Shown piece by piece: positions 1 through 13,170 of a stretch of DNA of 64,000 nt. The DNA is taken from positions 12,359,947 through 12,423,946 of the forward strand of contig NC_134030.1 in the NCBI RefSeq assembly GCF_964204645.1, read 5' to 3'. A program made the translations under genes and the position numbers. The stretch's first letter is position 1, and the number at the start of each line of letters is the position of its first letter. The notes beneath the pieces were generated by a model. That model saw nothing but the letters and a program-made list of their open reading frames with translations. It ran no database searches and was not told the origin of the DNA. The DNA comes from Tubulanus polymorphus. Taxonomy: Eukaryota; Animalia; Nemertea.

Positions 1-90
1 ACATACCTAACGAAAATATGTAACCAGGAAAATATAATGACTTGCGAATTCAATACTTATGTATGTACGTTTATAATGAAGAAAGACTAC

Positions 91-328
91 CTGTAACAAT
101 GCTATAGTAATTCGGAAAAGTCAATGTTGGAAAAACAGGATCCAAATATTCCACGTTAACGCCATTATTTATCAGACTTCTAAATCCTTTCAATCCGTCT
201 ATATCTAAATAATCAGGACGAAAACCTCCCACATACAATACTAAAAGTTTCGACGGCCTAGTCTTGTCTACGGTCAGAATAGAACGAAATAACAATAAAA
301 AACATATTGCTATATACATATAGAACAT
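91..328 (-). CDS. First coding exon of an ectonucleotide pyrophosphatase/phosphodiesterase (ENPP4/5/6-like) gene; gene continues beyond the window start
   Basis: Signal-peptide-like N-terminus, then LLVLYVGGFRPDY and VFPTLTFPNYYSIVTG (ENPP catalytic Thr motif). Splice donor ACAG|GTAGT at 91/90. Confidence 0.85.
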
Positions 329-1074
329 TTTGCCTTGATATCGCCCTCAGTAGTTCGACGCAAATGCTCAACGGCGTGCATTGGACCTGTAGGGCATACG
401 TGATAAGATAGTTTAAAGCGGAATATCGATTTTTGCATGACCCTTTTTGCAATCAATTCCCTGTCATCATATTACGAATAAAACGAATAAACAGATTAAG
501 CCGAGCAACGTAGACATTAGACCCGCACACGACACTAGCTTTTCGTACCGTACGATGTTCTAAATACTCCGACCCGCGCATACCTTCCTTGATCTTCCAT
601 AGCAAAATATATCCAATTTTCCTGAAACAATTCGTTAAAATCTATTCAATAAAGACTTATAATTCATTTATTGCAATACCGCATCTTAAATGAAACCATT
701 TTAACTATTTTTCTTGGAGTGAGAACTGTATTGAATGAAATTCCTTTTGGGAACTAGTCTTGAATTAGTCAATGTGTTACTGCATCTGTTTTGAAAGAAA
801 AACTAACTGTATTGAACGAAAAATGTTTGTCTCGAACCAAAAAACTATTGTATTGGATGAAAAATTCGTGTCTTGTACGGAAACCCTTTCTTGAAGGAAC
901 AAACATAACATCTCGAATGTTATATTTGAATCTCAATCTCGAATTTTATATTTGAATTCGAATCTCAACGTCTTTCTTACCGTTATCTAACTTATCCTTC
1001 GCCATATTTCCATGCCGGCATAGTAGCCACTACAGCCTTGTTCACAAATATGTGGAGCTTATCAGATTACGTAC

Positions 1075-1381
1075 CAGGGGAGGATCCAGACGGGAGCACA
1101 AGGAGCACGTTCCCATCGCAATTTTCCTGTGCCCTTTTGAAAATACAATGACAATACTTCTCAGGACACTTTTTCCACCCGCATCTAATAGGACAGCAGT
1201 CCGCAAGATTTAATTTACGTGTATTCTCTCAAATGTCCCTCAAGTGCCTAGAAATTGTGTGAAAATGTAATGAAATTTCAAATACATTTCCCGACACTTT
1301 CATGACTAGCCTTTGTTCAGTATAAATACCATTTTAATTTCGTTGTGCTTCTTTCAAAATATGCCCCTGGATCCACTCATG
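1075..1381. mobile_element. Non-autonomous DNA transposon (MITE)
   Basis: Imperfect TIRs CAGGGGAGGATCCAG / CTGGATCCACTCATG, flanked by direct repeat CGTAC (1070-1074 and 1382-1386). No ORF. Confidence 0.6.
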
Positions 1382-2309
1382 CGTACGTATACCTATCTAA
1401 CCCAACTGCCTCGCCCCGTGCATAAGGAAAAAATGGTATTTTCCATGAAAAATAGATAAGCCACTCCGCGGCCATAATTGAAATGTAAATTCGAGACTTC
1501 GTTTTTTTCGTGAACTGTCGTCCCATTTTCCGGAAAACCAAGGGTGGGTTTAGGGAGGTGCGAGCAACAATTTTTCTAATCTGCTTATCTCAGTTTTTTT
1601 TTACACGATCAATAGTTTATTAAAACTCTTACAAAATATATTGCAAATTAGGGGATTATGGTAAAATGTCCCATCAAACAAATGATGATTTTCGAAAAAA
1701 CGCAGGTACCGACGGCGAAATGAAATAGCGCCAGCATGATGCAGGACCTACTCAGTTCACTTACTAGTGTATTCGCAACATTGACGTAGCCACATTGACC
1801 ACGCTCCATCCACGAAAGATAAAATTGTAAAGTTTATTGTAAGTACTAATCTTATATCCATGTTCAATAAAAAGAAATACTTAGATCTTAATGTTATAGT
1901 ACATTAATAAGTACCACAAAAACTCACATTTTTACGCTCCCTTTTTACCATTTTTGTGAAGTGTATCCTACCCAGGACATCCCCCATATGCTGTCGGCTT
2001 TACCTCAAGTGAAAAGTTTCATGAATGAATGCAAATAGCTTGGAACATAGAATGTCTATACCGCCTGCCATTCCGCATATCGTGGGGCAAGTAAACGCAA
2101 CATGAGATTAACCCTGGACGCAGCCGGTTATAAGGGAATCCGTTCGAGATGATGGATTAAACGAAACGCCAGAGAAGGCGCGCACCCCCACATGGAAAAG
2201 TCTATAACCCTGAAATTTTACAGGATAATGAAAAACAGTGAACTGAAATTCTACAGAAAAATGAAAAATAATGAACAAACTGATAGCAAAAAGTTTATAT
2301 TCATAAACT

Positions 2310-2500
<191 letters not shown>

Positions 2501-4584
2501 CGTGAAGTCAATTATGAAACTTAAATCTTATCGTTGTAATGATTTATTCAAAAAATTAAACGACATGTATAATCTTAAAGATAAATGGAATGTGATTTTT
2601 ATCAGTGTTGAGAGTGCGTAAATTCTGAATCGCTGTTCATTTCCTTAAACACATATCATTAGTTTCATCGCATGGTTCGTGTCCATTCTTGTCCAAGATG
2701 CACTGATATTGAAATATTGGTGATTCTTGGGCGATGTCTCCATTTATGGCAATCGGCTTAAGAGAATGAATTGTATCTGAATCGCTTTGGAAAAAAGCTT
2801 TCACGAACGAATAGTTGATTGAAAATGGTTGATAATTCGCATTAATGAGTAAGGAAGATATCGATCAGGCAAAAAAGATACAATGTTTCTCAAACACTGC
2901 AATTTCCAAAAATGACATAGCCACTGGGTTTGTAAATTCTAAAGAAAATCTGTGAAAACCACCAGGAAACAATTTTGTATCATTTTCTACGTATCGTACG
3001 AAAATTTTGTCTTTTTAGAGAACACAAAGAAAGAAAGAAAATGATGCACGTGTTCTATACAGAATAAGATGGGGTGGTGCAATTTGAAAACCGACGTGAT
3101 AACATTTACTTCACATCAGGCATTTTTGGCTATATGCAAACATCACACTTTATCACAATGTGAACGGTCACATATCGTCTTTTCTAGTAATTGGTTAGAC
3201 CTAGCTGTTTCATGACCCAGCTTGGTCTGAGAAACAGGGTATAATTTTGTGCCTCAAAATCTTCAAACATACCTCGCATACATGCTTCTCGGGGCAACTA
3301 CATTCAGTGTATCTAGAATCCACGAGTTCCGATGGAGCGCATAATTCGCCAGATCTCACAGCAGTACAGTCGCTTTTGCAAACCTATAAAAATACATAAG
3401 CATTACGCTAGTGCCATCACAAACATCACAGACTCTTTTACAAAGATGAACAAATAGTATGTACATAAGGCATATATGAAGACAAGGCATTGACTGCTTG
3501 TCGATTTCACAGATGAAGATGTTGCTAATGATTTTTAACAAAGCAGTTTTTAGGACGGGTGCATGCTGAAATCCCGTAAAAGAATTACGAACCAATGTAA
3601 ACGCAAGACCTAGAGTTGTTTATACTGTCTATATCTCTATAGACGAATAAATCCGTGTTATTTACTCACCCCGTATCGATATCTAATGTTGGGCAAGTCA
3701 TGAATATTTTCTATACTCGAGCAGTATACGTTATTATTATCAAACAATGCGTGATCCAAGGGCTTAGCTACAACTAAACAGCTGAAAACCCATGTAAATG
3801 TGATAAAGAAAATTACTATCTTCATTTTCCCTGTATATACGTCTGTGATGCTTTCAACTCTTCTCGGTGCATGTCAAGATGTCATTGAAAATATTCGCTT
3901 ATACTCAAACTGAATAACCAATTTTGAGTGACAGATAACAGATGACACCAATTATTTCGCCTAAATTACTTCTTACACATGAATCACCCTCATTTTAATG
4001 ATAATCCTATGCAAATGCCTCAATAGATGACAGCTATATTTTGGTATCAAGGTGGTCACTAGGTTCAAAAGCACAAAAAGCCCTGCACTGCAAACATTTA
4101 GCTGAAATTGACACCTGACATCTGATTGTTTTTAATTCTTTTCCCACCTAAGAATTTCAGTAGCTACTGATTTTGTGCTGTACACAGGGCAGCCTAAGGC
4201 TTTTTACATGTACAGTCAAACCTCTATACGCCAAAACAACGCCAAAATAAGCCAGGTCCCGAATGGCGGTATAAAGAAATGCTCGATGTGATTCTCCAAA
4301 TAATTACCAAGTGCACCATCAACGCATTCTCGTCATATTCATTGAATTCTTCGGGCACTACTTTAAGAACTTCCCCTCTGTGCTGCTGGTCCTCAGATGA
4401 AACTAATGATAGCCCTTGACCACGTTACTCTCAGGATAGACGATATTGATACTTAACCATTCAAACAGTGAGTGATGGTATAAACTATCGTGGCTGATTC
4501 GGGCCAAGTAAAAGAAACAATTTTCGTGCAATATGCCGCGCAAAAAATATATTGCTTCGTAATTAATTGGTATAGAAATTAATT

Positions 4585-4842
4585 TTGGCGCGTATCTGCG
4601 CGGTAAAATTCGTTTCTGCGGCGCACAGAAACGGACGCAGAAATGAATTTTACCGCGCAGAAACGCGCCAAAATGGGAGCAGAAACGAACCTTCATTTCT
4701 GCGCCCGTTTCTGCGCGTTTCTTCGCGGTGATTTCTCGTTTTGGGGCCCCGCCGAAACGAACTTCGTTTCTTCGCCCGGTTTCTTCAAAACGCAGAAATG
4801 CAGAAATGCAGAAACGCAGAAATTGGCGTGTTAATTTTACGG
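4585..4842. repeat. GC-rich fold-back repeat, probable MITE remnant
   Basis: Many GCAGAAA(C/T) / TTTCTGC motifs. Hairpin GCGCGGTAAAATTCGTTTCTGCG (~4598-4620) against CGCAGAAATGAATTTTACCGCGC (~4636-4658). Confidence 0.5.
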
Positions 4843-5940
4843 ACAATGTTAAGGTTTCATTTGAGCTGCATTATGTAGTTGTAACCTTTCTGTGGTTTAA
4901 TATCACGATCGGATATTTTCACAAACCACGTGTTGGTATAAGCCCATCCGATTATAAAAAGGTTACCACCAAACGATTGGGTAACTTACTAAGCTGCATG
5001 CAAACATATTTTTACTACACAGCCGCATAAAAACGAATCTGACCTTCGAACTCACTCAATTTGCTTGCTCGTTTACGATTTGGTTGCTGAGAAAATAAAC
5101 ATTTTTGTCTCATCAGCGGGATATTTATTACTACGAGTTTCGTTCATTGTTTATCCGTTAATCTGTAGATGGAAACGCTCGCAAATTGATATTGAGATAA
5201 AAAAATCTTTCTTATCTAAAAAATCTAATCTGTAGACAATTGTTATACAATTTGACTAATAAAAAGTTTTATTTTTGATGCAGTAATTATTTCTTTCTTT
5301 AAGTACAGTAATGTGGTTTTTTCTCCCAATTAGAGGTTCTTGCTAGACCATGTGGGTTTATTATCAATTGTTTACGTCTAGCGAAAGATACGGTCTGCGC
5401 GTGCGCCGGTCTCGTGTGAAAATAAATGCGCGGATTGGGGGCCCCATCTGGGGTACCATCATATATATTAAACCAGGGTGTTTCGATATCAGATATTGAC
5501 GTCGTTAAACGTGGACCTATTTTCATCAATTGATTTAGAAGAACCGGCTAAAAAAATTGCTTTAAATTCTGAGATATTGTGTAACGAATCGTCCGCTTGT
5601 CAAAAATCGTCCGCTAGCTTGTCAATATCAATTCAATTGATTGACACGCTAGAAGCTGCATTAGTATACATTTTACACACTCAGTCCAAAGGGCCCGATT
5701 ATGAAGAGAATTTGTTGTTGCTGTATCGGTGTAGGCATAGGCCTGCTTCCAATGAAAGTTCCTGCCTGTTGAAATCGCTCTACATTTAGATTTTAGGCTA
5801 TAATAGAGAGTCAATAGCACTGCCACCAACTGGCGTGTGCTGACTGCTGGTAAATGCAATCAATGAAATTTTTTCTTTTTTCATCACTTGGATGTTCAAC
5901 TTCAGTTTGATCTTAAAACACATGTTATTTTACATCTAAT

Positions 5941-6520
5941 CACTGGGTACCACAGAACGCAAGCTGTTTAATTGTTACTGGGTACCACGGAACACAAGTT
6001 GTTTGATTGTCACTGGGTACCACGGAACACGAGTTTTTTGATTGTCACTGGGTACCACAGAACACGAGTTGTTTGATTGTCACTGGGTACCACGGAACAT
6101 ATGTTTTTTAAAAATATCTAATCACAGGGTACCACGGAACACAAGTTGTTTAATTGTCACTGGGTACCACGGAACACAAGTTGTTAATTGTCATTGGGTA
6201 CCACAGAACACAAGTTGATTAATTGTCACTGGGTACCACAGAACACAAATTGTTTAATTTTCACTGGGTACCACGGAACACATATTTGTTATTTTATATT
6301 CAATCACTGGGTACACAAGTTGTTTAATCGTCACTGGGTACCACGGAACACAAGTTGTTAATTGTCATTGGGTACCACAGAACACAAGTTGATTAATTGT
6401 CACTGGGTACCAGGGAACACATGTTAGGCCTATTTTGTATTAAATCTTGTTTGCTTGTCACTGGGTACCACAGAACACGTGTTATTTTGTATATAATCAC
6501 TGGGTACCACGGAACACATA
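5941..6520. repeat. ~35-bp minisatellite, about 14-15 units
   Basis: Consensus CACTGGGTACCACGGAACACAAGTTGTTTAATTGT with some longer variant units. Confidence 0.92.
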
Positions 6521-7457
6521 TTTACACAAGGCCTGACGGATAGCCGCCACTGCGGCGCAGGACACTCATTACTAAGACATTAGTGGAACACTTTTTATTA
6601 AGTGTCGGCCAGTAAGACCGATTAGAGGCATCCGTCGCAAAAACCATGGTTATTCTATAACTGGGTACCGAACCCATATAGAATAGAAATCGTATGAATA
6701 TTAAGCGCCGAAATCGATGGCAATAAAATGTTCAATAAAGTTTTCATAAGAATTTGAGTGGGTACGAGAGACACACTGGGTATCACGGACTGGGTACTTA
6801 TAGCGGACACATGACGTCTCCGTATACCGTTGAATAAACTCGCTTCCCCGCCGCGATTTTTTATATATCGCAAGTGAGTTTCCGCCATTTTGTTTGTAAT
6901 GCGCATGCTCGACATTCAGTTTGTAAACACAATCCACACGTGTGCGCTACACTCGCTGTATCATAGACTGGTTGCCTGTTTCCATCAATATGAAGACATA
7001 GACTGGTCGCCTGTCCAACCCTGCGCCACCTGCATTCGCAGCCAGAATAGTCTAAAGACGCTTTTACGAAACTGAATCTTTGTAAATCGATTTAAGTTTC
7101 ACGTTTACGGCACACGGTTTAGTGAATCCGATTTGGTAAATCAACGCATTTATGGAAACGGCTTAGTAATTTGATTTACTAAATCGACTGACTTGCTCGG
7201 CGAGCAAGTTAGTGTGATATTCTCACCATCCGTTTTGCGGGCATGATGCAGATATATAGATATGGGGTACAAGCCGGGGCTGCCATTCTTATCACACCTA
7301 TAGCCTTAACTCTCATAATCCCCAAACAACCCACAATCCCAACTCTCATATACCCCAAAACCCCAATTCTCATTAAATCCCCAACCCCAACTCTCAAAAC
7401 AAATCCAACCTACCTCCAAATGTAGAAACCCTACGAATCCTGCAGTCGGCCGAACAG

Positions 7458-7463
7458 TTTTTT

Positions 7464-7495
<32 letters not shown>

Positions 7496-8153
7496 CTTCA
7501 TATAAAATGAATATAATGAGCGCAGATAGTACATATGAATATTGAAAATACAATTACAGTGACAAGATGGTAGCATACATAGATACATACAAAATACAGA
7601 CATTTACCTACGTACACGTACCCGTCCAGATATACATGTTACACATTAATATTGATTAGAAGTTTCACAAAACACCGGTTGGTCAAATCATAGAATTTGA
7701 TTTGAGTTCTATGGTCTAATATAGACTGATAACCCGTATACACATTTCGTCACACTGAAAATGTTTGCAAAGCTTATAAGCTTGGTCTGTTTAAGAAGTA
7801 GCCAAGAAGGTAACGTTGTCTAATTTGGTTATAAAAGTCACACTGGAAAATAAAATGATACTCGTCACCCAGTTTGTTTCTATTACATTAGGTGCAAATT
7901 CGATCTTCCCGGTTATTCTGTCATAGCGACCAATTTCGATTGGGAGCTTAAGGTTAGAGCATCTAAATTTATGGATGGGAATGAAATTTCGTGTAGATAA
8001 AAAAGAAAAATACTCGGACCCAATCTAGTTTAATATTCCTATATATCGACCATTTGAATGAATTGTTATCGGTTTGCCATTTTTGAATAAATTGAACTTG
8101 CAGTCTTGCTTAACTATTTGACCAAGGTATTTGACACTTGGGAAATTTTGATA
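7458..8153 (-). mobile_element. 3' portion of a degenerate LINE (CR1/RTE-X-like): ORF2 C-terminus, 3' UTR and tail
   Basis: Minus strand reads YQNFPSVKYLGQIVKQ/RLQVQFIQKWQTD...KFRCSNLKLPIEIGRYDR../EDRICT*CNRNKLGDEYHFIFQC (LINE C-terminal Cys/His motif), then AATAAA and an (AAACT)n-An tail at 7458-7494. Confidence 0.85.
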
Positions 8154-8383
8154 GTATAATATCCACACTGATCAGTGGTTTCTCGTTCCGCGGTTATGTA
8201 GTGATTGGGGATAAAAAACGAAACCCGGAACAAGTAGCCACATACGCTGGTTTTTTTTTTTTTTAATATCTTAACCCATCCTGTATTTCATTGGCCCATT
8301 CCCTCCACTGTACAAGGCACACCTGTCACACTCGACTCCCCATCTTCCGCAAACTAAGAAGTGACCGCGTCACTAGTGTCACA

Positions 8384-8419
8384 TGATCAGTGTGGATAGT
8401 ATAATATCCACACTGATCA
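8384..8419. other. Putative YR recombination site (B1/A2 junction), copy A
   Basis: TGATCAGTGTGGATA-GTATAA-TATCCACACTGATCA: 15-bp perfect inverted arms around a 6-bp spacer. Confidence 0.8.
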
Positions 8420-8687
8420 GTGGTTTCTCGTTCCGCGGTTATGTAGTGATTGGGGATAAAAAACGACCCAACCCCTTACTGATAACCACAACAAATACTA
8501 AACCTTTCCACAACTACACCCAAACCCCAACTATACTAGGCCGAGTGAAACGAGGCCAAAAATCAGAAGACAGAATATGCATCCGAAGTCGATTTATTTA
8601 GACCCGCCTTAGAAATCGGGTATATCAATATACAAAATTCGTATAAGCGTCTAGTTTCTTATCGATATAAATTGGCGTACGTAGAAC

Positions 8688-10025
8688 CTACATGGATGAA
8701 AACATTGGTTTAAACCCGCTTGTAGCATTATTCAGGCGATATGATTCTACACTTTTATCAGTTAACTGTCCCATAGCTTGACCGAGAGAGTCAGAGACTT
8801 TACCCTGCATCACACAAGCATGTTTGGTGTAATGCTTTGCCATGGACTGATGCTTCCAACCAATATAAGAAGTCACCTCTTTAGATGTATGGCCCAAAGA
8901 AGCCAACATAACGGAGCATCCAACCCTAAAACTATGCGGGGTCTCACCGTCATACATACAAATTTCTTTTAGGTAAGTTTTCAAACGGCTTCCCACCGCA
9001 TTCGAGTCGAGTCCGTTATTAACGATAGCGCCCTCTTTATTCGTTATCCGGAATAAGTAACCCCCTCCAAGGTCAACTCCAAGCGCCTTTACAACAGCAA
9101 AATACCTTTCAATCGCCAAAACCGGGCACAGAACCGGGTTGTTAAAACGAGTAACTACGGATGTCAAAACCGAACCATCCCGCAGTGTTTTCCCGAACGT
9201 TAGATTTAAAATGATTACCCTTCCATCGTCACTCTGAGAGATCCCATCTGTCAAAAACCGACCTAAGTCTGCCGCCCTATGTCCTGTTAGAAAATCAAGT
9301 TTGAAGAAAGCCTGGTCCCTTGCTAAAATATACTCCGTTACCGCGGGTAAATCTGGGACAGCCAAGCGTTTATCAATAGAGAGAATCATTGCCGTCAATT
9401 TGCTAAGGTACATTGGGACGGCTTGTTTAGGGGTGATCATAGCCACCGATTGCTCCTTCTTAGTCACTCTCAGGTATTGTTTTACCTCTTCTGATATGGT
9501 AGGATTCCCAGTTCCGCGCTCGGGATGCCAATAGCCAATTTTACCAATCGAGTTAAATATTGCCCTTATCTGACCCAGATAGGAATCGACCGTTCCGGCT
9601 GCCAGTCTTTTGGGGCATAAACAACCACCGGTCCTTGGTGAGGCCTTCGAGACTGCTTTCCAACCTCGTACCGGACAGGTTAAAGAGTGTACTACTGTTT
9701 TACCCCGAGCATCCCTGAATACCATGAACCTACAGATATCCCTAGGTGATGCCGTCAACAAGGATCTCGATGGGCGCAGTGACCCGAGGAACAAGACCAA
9801 ATCTTCTTCCAGTTTTGACTTCTTTCGGCCATAAACAGAGTTGCGCTCACTCTCTGACATAGATTTTAACCGGGCATCCAAATCTTTTAATGGTAAGGCT
9901 AGCAATGTACCGTTCTCGCCATCCGCCTTGCTTAACTCTGAACCACAATTGTAGCAGAAATTTGAGTGCTGTCGCGAGCGATGTCCACAGTCCGCACAAT
10001 GGTTCTCGTGATGCAGAGACAGATC
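8688..10025 (-). CDS. Tyrosine recombinase with N-terminal zinc ribbon and ALOG domain (terminal exon), copy A
   Basis: Open frame with TGHRAADL (R), GKT (K), PHSFRVG (HxxR), IGWK, AKHY (Y) and ALOG signature GKTVVH...C...CLCPKRLAAGTVDSYLGQIRAIF. Acceptor TTTTACAG|GAT. Confidence 0.9.
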   Translation of the reverse strand, partial: DLSLHHENHCADCGHRSRQHSNFCYNCGSELSKADGENGTLLALPLKDLDARLKSMSESERNSVYGRKKSKLEEDLVLFLGSLRPSRSLLTASPRDICRFMVFRDARGKTVVHSLTCPVRGWKAVSKASPRTGGCLCPKRLAAGTVDSYLGQIRAIFNSIGKIGYWHPERGTGNPTISEEVKQYLRVTKKEQSVAMITPKQAVPMYLSKLTAMILSIDKRLAVPDLPAVTEYILARDQAFFKLDFLTGHRAADLGRFLTDGISQSDDGRVIILNLTFGKTLRDGSVLTSVVTRFNNPVLCPVLAIERYFAVVKALGVDLGGGYLFRITNKEGAIVNNGLDSNAVGSRLKTYLKEICMYDGETPHSFRVGCSVMLASLGHTSKEVTSYIGWKHQSMAKHYTKHACVMQGKVSDSLGQAMGQLTDKSVESYRLNNATSGFKPMFSSM

Positions 10026-10212
10026 CTGTAAAATATGACAGATCTTAAAAGAACCATAACAAACGAGGTATATCAGAAAAGACAAAGCGTTTATTAACGT
10101 AAAAGCAGAGTTATGCATCCGGATTTTACCGTGCATAGATCAGAGTAGAAAATAAAGACCACCGTTACGCAACACCATGTTATCGCTCAGGAAAACATGT
10201 CAATTTAATCTT

Positions 10213-12386
10213 TCAATCTAATCTATCAAAATCTATCCTATAAACAAACAGATCCCACGGGATGCCTACTGTAACCTCCACAAAACCTTTTTTAGTCGGA
10301 TATTTCAAAACACCCACATCTCCCTTTTTGCCAAGCAGGCGACGTTTGGATGCATGAGAGGTTACCAAAGGCCACCAGAATGGCCTCGGAAAGATTTCTG
10401 GAATGACGATAGATGTTTCTTTGACCGCGTCTGCCAAGAATCGTAAAACCGCCGGTATCTTAGAAATTGGCGGAAACACATATGGATTAACCTCGTCGCA
10501 TAGATTTTGTGCGAACAGATCTACACCACAAGAATCAGTAGATGGCGTTGGCGTAAAATGTCGTAGTGGAGAGCCTGACAAATCTACCATTACGTTCGAA
10601 TCAAGGGCCATCAAATCAACCGAGTGTCCGTTTTCACCCCCATATTCACGTTGCACGAGCTGCCACATACGCGGAGATAACATACATTCCGATTTTCGCA
10701 AAATTCGCGAGGGAGCGTCTGCTAGATTCTCTTTTGACGGTACATAATGCAATTTCAACAACACATTTTGTTCTGCTGTTAGTTCAAACAAAAGCTTAAT
10801 TGCTTCTGACAGATCATGTGATTTGGAACCTTCACCAACCCATGCCGCAATCATAGTTTTATTATCTACAAAAGCGTCTACTCTACTGTCTCCAATTTTA
10901 TCAGAAACCACCATTAAAACGTTTTTAAGTGCCAGGGTTTATTACAATGGGTTTTTGTACCAGCTCCTGTGGCCAATAATCGGAGGGCTCAAACCTCTGC
11001 TCACCAATCGTGACTATCCCACCCCATCTAAAGAGGATGCGTCCGTGTACATCTGAATTCTGACATGCCACTCTTGGCGCCACCTTACCACCCTTGGCAA
11101 ACATTCAATTATCTTTCAGTACTCTATCTCAGTTCTGAGGTTGCCCCCAACCCTAATGAGTCTCGAGTTTCTGAATGCCTTAGAAATAGCTAAGTTTGAC
11201 TCCCTTGTATAAAGCTTCGCAGCTGGTACAACCAACGAGAAGGATATGATCTTACCCACAAACCGCTGAATGGTTTTAATGTTAACGAATTCGGACGATA
11301 AAATATTGTCCCTTAAAATGGCAAATTTTACCACCTTATCATTTGGGATCTCAAAACGTTCCTCTATAGTGTTAACAAATAAGCCTAAATGCTTTAATAA
11401 CTGACACGGTTCCAGGACGCATTTAAGGAGGCCTAGAAAATACCCTAGTCTTGTTAAAACTTGGGCCGTCATATATAGAGCTAGCCTAGCCTTTGTGATG
11501 GATTCTAAACCCCTAGCCGAGGAACTTAAAAGCTCCCCATTTAAACGGTCATCAATGTATTGAGTTATCTGTACTCCTAGGTCTCGAAGGTAACCCGTTG
11601 CAACCAAGCCAGTTTTCTGGTATATATAGGCCGAGGCCTTAAAACCAAAAGGAATAACGGTGTAAACGTAATACCAACGTTTCCAGTTGATTCCCAAATA
11701 CACCTCACTTCCCGGTGTTACCCTGATGTGGTCGTAACCACTTTTATCATCGACAGAGGTCATAAACGCGCTTTTATGTAGCATGCGAGGTACGTTTACC
11801 AAAGTTTCCAAATGGAAAGGCGAGTCCCGAATCCATAGATTTAGAAATCGTTCGTCGTGGCACATTCTGGGTTTCGTGGGTTCAACCGTCAAGGGCATAA
11901 CTAAATGCGGGGTGGATCGACCCCAACCTTTCCCCAGACCTTGAGTGATCCATTAGCCACCCGACCTTTTAATGTTGTAGAAATAAAATCTTCAAATTGT
12001 TCGCAGTTTCCAGCATTCGGGAACACCGTTTTTGGGGGCGCATCACAATCATACGTCTTGCCTTTAAACTGACCCTTAAACCTCTTAAAGAAATCTGGGA
12101 TATGAACACCATCTCGCACCCAAGATAATATCGTGTCTGACAACGGATCCTCTGACTGCCGTAGAATAAATTCCCATTCCTCCAGATGGCGACTCAGTTC
12201 ACCTGCGACGAAATTCTCCGGGTCCCTGAGGGGCAGGTCAAAAATTGTCAAATTGTTATACTTGTCCGCCGATTTCGAAACGGTCTCGGCTGAGACGACC
12301 TCAGGCAACGGTAACTGGACGGATGAACCTCTAGCACCAACCCAAAACACGGGTTTACACACAGGTATCTTCAACGGAACAAAATC
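10213..12386 (-). pseudogene. pol: Disrupted pol (RT-RNase H-methyltransferase-like), copy A
   Basis: Split over ORFs 11901-12410, 11116-11898 and 10213-10914. Motifs DDKSGYDHI, PFG, YIDD, YTDASS, VPSKENLADAPSR, VDLFAQ..PYVFPP..WWP. Same lesions as copy B. Confidence 0.88.
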
Positions 12387-12627
12387 CTGAAAAGACACAC
12401 TAAGGTCCATCAGTCCAGCCCCGTTGCCAGCACGACATAAGCCGTGACAACAGACTTAGATAGCCTGTGACAACAAAGCCAACCGATCACAAACAACCGA
12501 TAACAAAATGAATTATCCAACATATGATCAATTTAATGGAGAGAAAATAACCTTGTTTAACATCTTTAACAACACAATATAACATTACGTATCATCCAAA
12601 ACTAAATCCAATCAGGTTCTAACTCAT

Positions 12628-13170
12628 TTAGACAACCTCACTTTCAGTCTTCGTTACCACTTGTGGTTGCTTATTCTCAGGACAGTCGCGAACAAAATGA
12701 CCCTCTTTGCGGCATAAGAAACAATTCCCCCTAGAACTTCTCCCTGCTCTCCTTGTACCGTAACCTCGGCGCCCAACATATCCCCTGCCTACACCCGACC
12801 CACCCCAATAGCCGTAAGTTGGGTAATAATTGTTTGTGTGCGGCTTTTTAGCCCATTTTGCCTCCACTGATGCCACTTTTTCATCATCCGGGGAGCCAAT
12901 CAAACGCCTACACAAAGCAGGTAAGTCTGGAGAATCGATATTTCTCTTGATACTTTTCAGCACAGAATCAAAATACCCTTTTTTCGGATCTGTGGTTTCA
13001 GCTGCCACCTCTACCAAGCCTTCCATACAACCGAGAAGGAAGTATGGATCAAAGAAAGAGCCCGGCCTTTGAAGCGCTGCCCTCACCTGCATCAGAGCGC
13101 TCTCTACTGAACGAGCTGGATGTGTAACCTTCTTCTCGAGTTCCTCCAGACGCTCTAACAATTTTTTGTC
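12628..13170 (-). CDS. gag: gag-like nucleocapsid exon, copy A
   Basis: Zinc knuckle CFLCRKEGHFVRDC preceded by an RG-rich tract. Acceptor TTTCAG|GAC. Confidence 0.82.
   Translation of the reverse strand, partial: DKKLLERLEELEKKVTHPARSVESALMQVRAALQRPGSFFDPYFLLGCMEGLVEVAAETTDPKKGYFDSVLKSIKRNIDSPDLPALCRRLIGSPDDEKVASVEAKWAKKPHTNNYYPTYGYWGGSGVGRGYVGRRGYGTRRAGRSSRGNCFLCRKEGHFVRDCPENKQPQVVTKTESEVV

Noticed and set aside
4403-5030. Overlapping 100-147 aa ORFs
   Set aside because: Arise from a GC-rich fold-back repeat; no protein motifs.
5941-6520. CRISPR-like appearance of the 35-bp repeats (and of the 38-bp arrays in the elements)
   Set aside because: Units are tandem with no unique spacers, there are no cas genes, and the context is eukaryotic.
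8150-8160. Using junction microhomology alone to pair the flanks
   Set aside because: Both pairings give a formally consistent junction. Only LINE continuity and the rebuilt palindrome discriminate.
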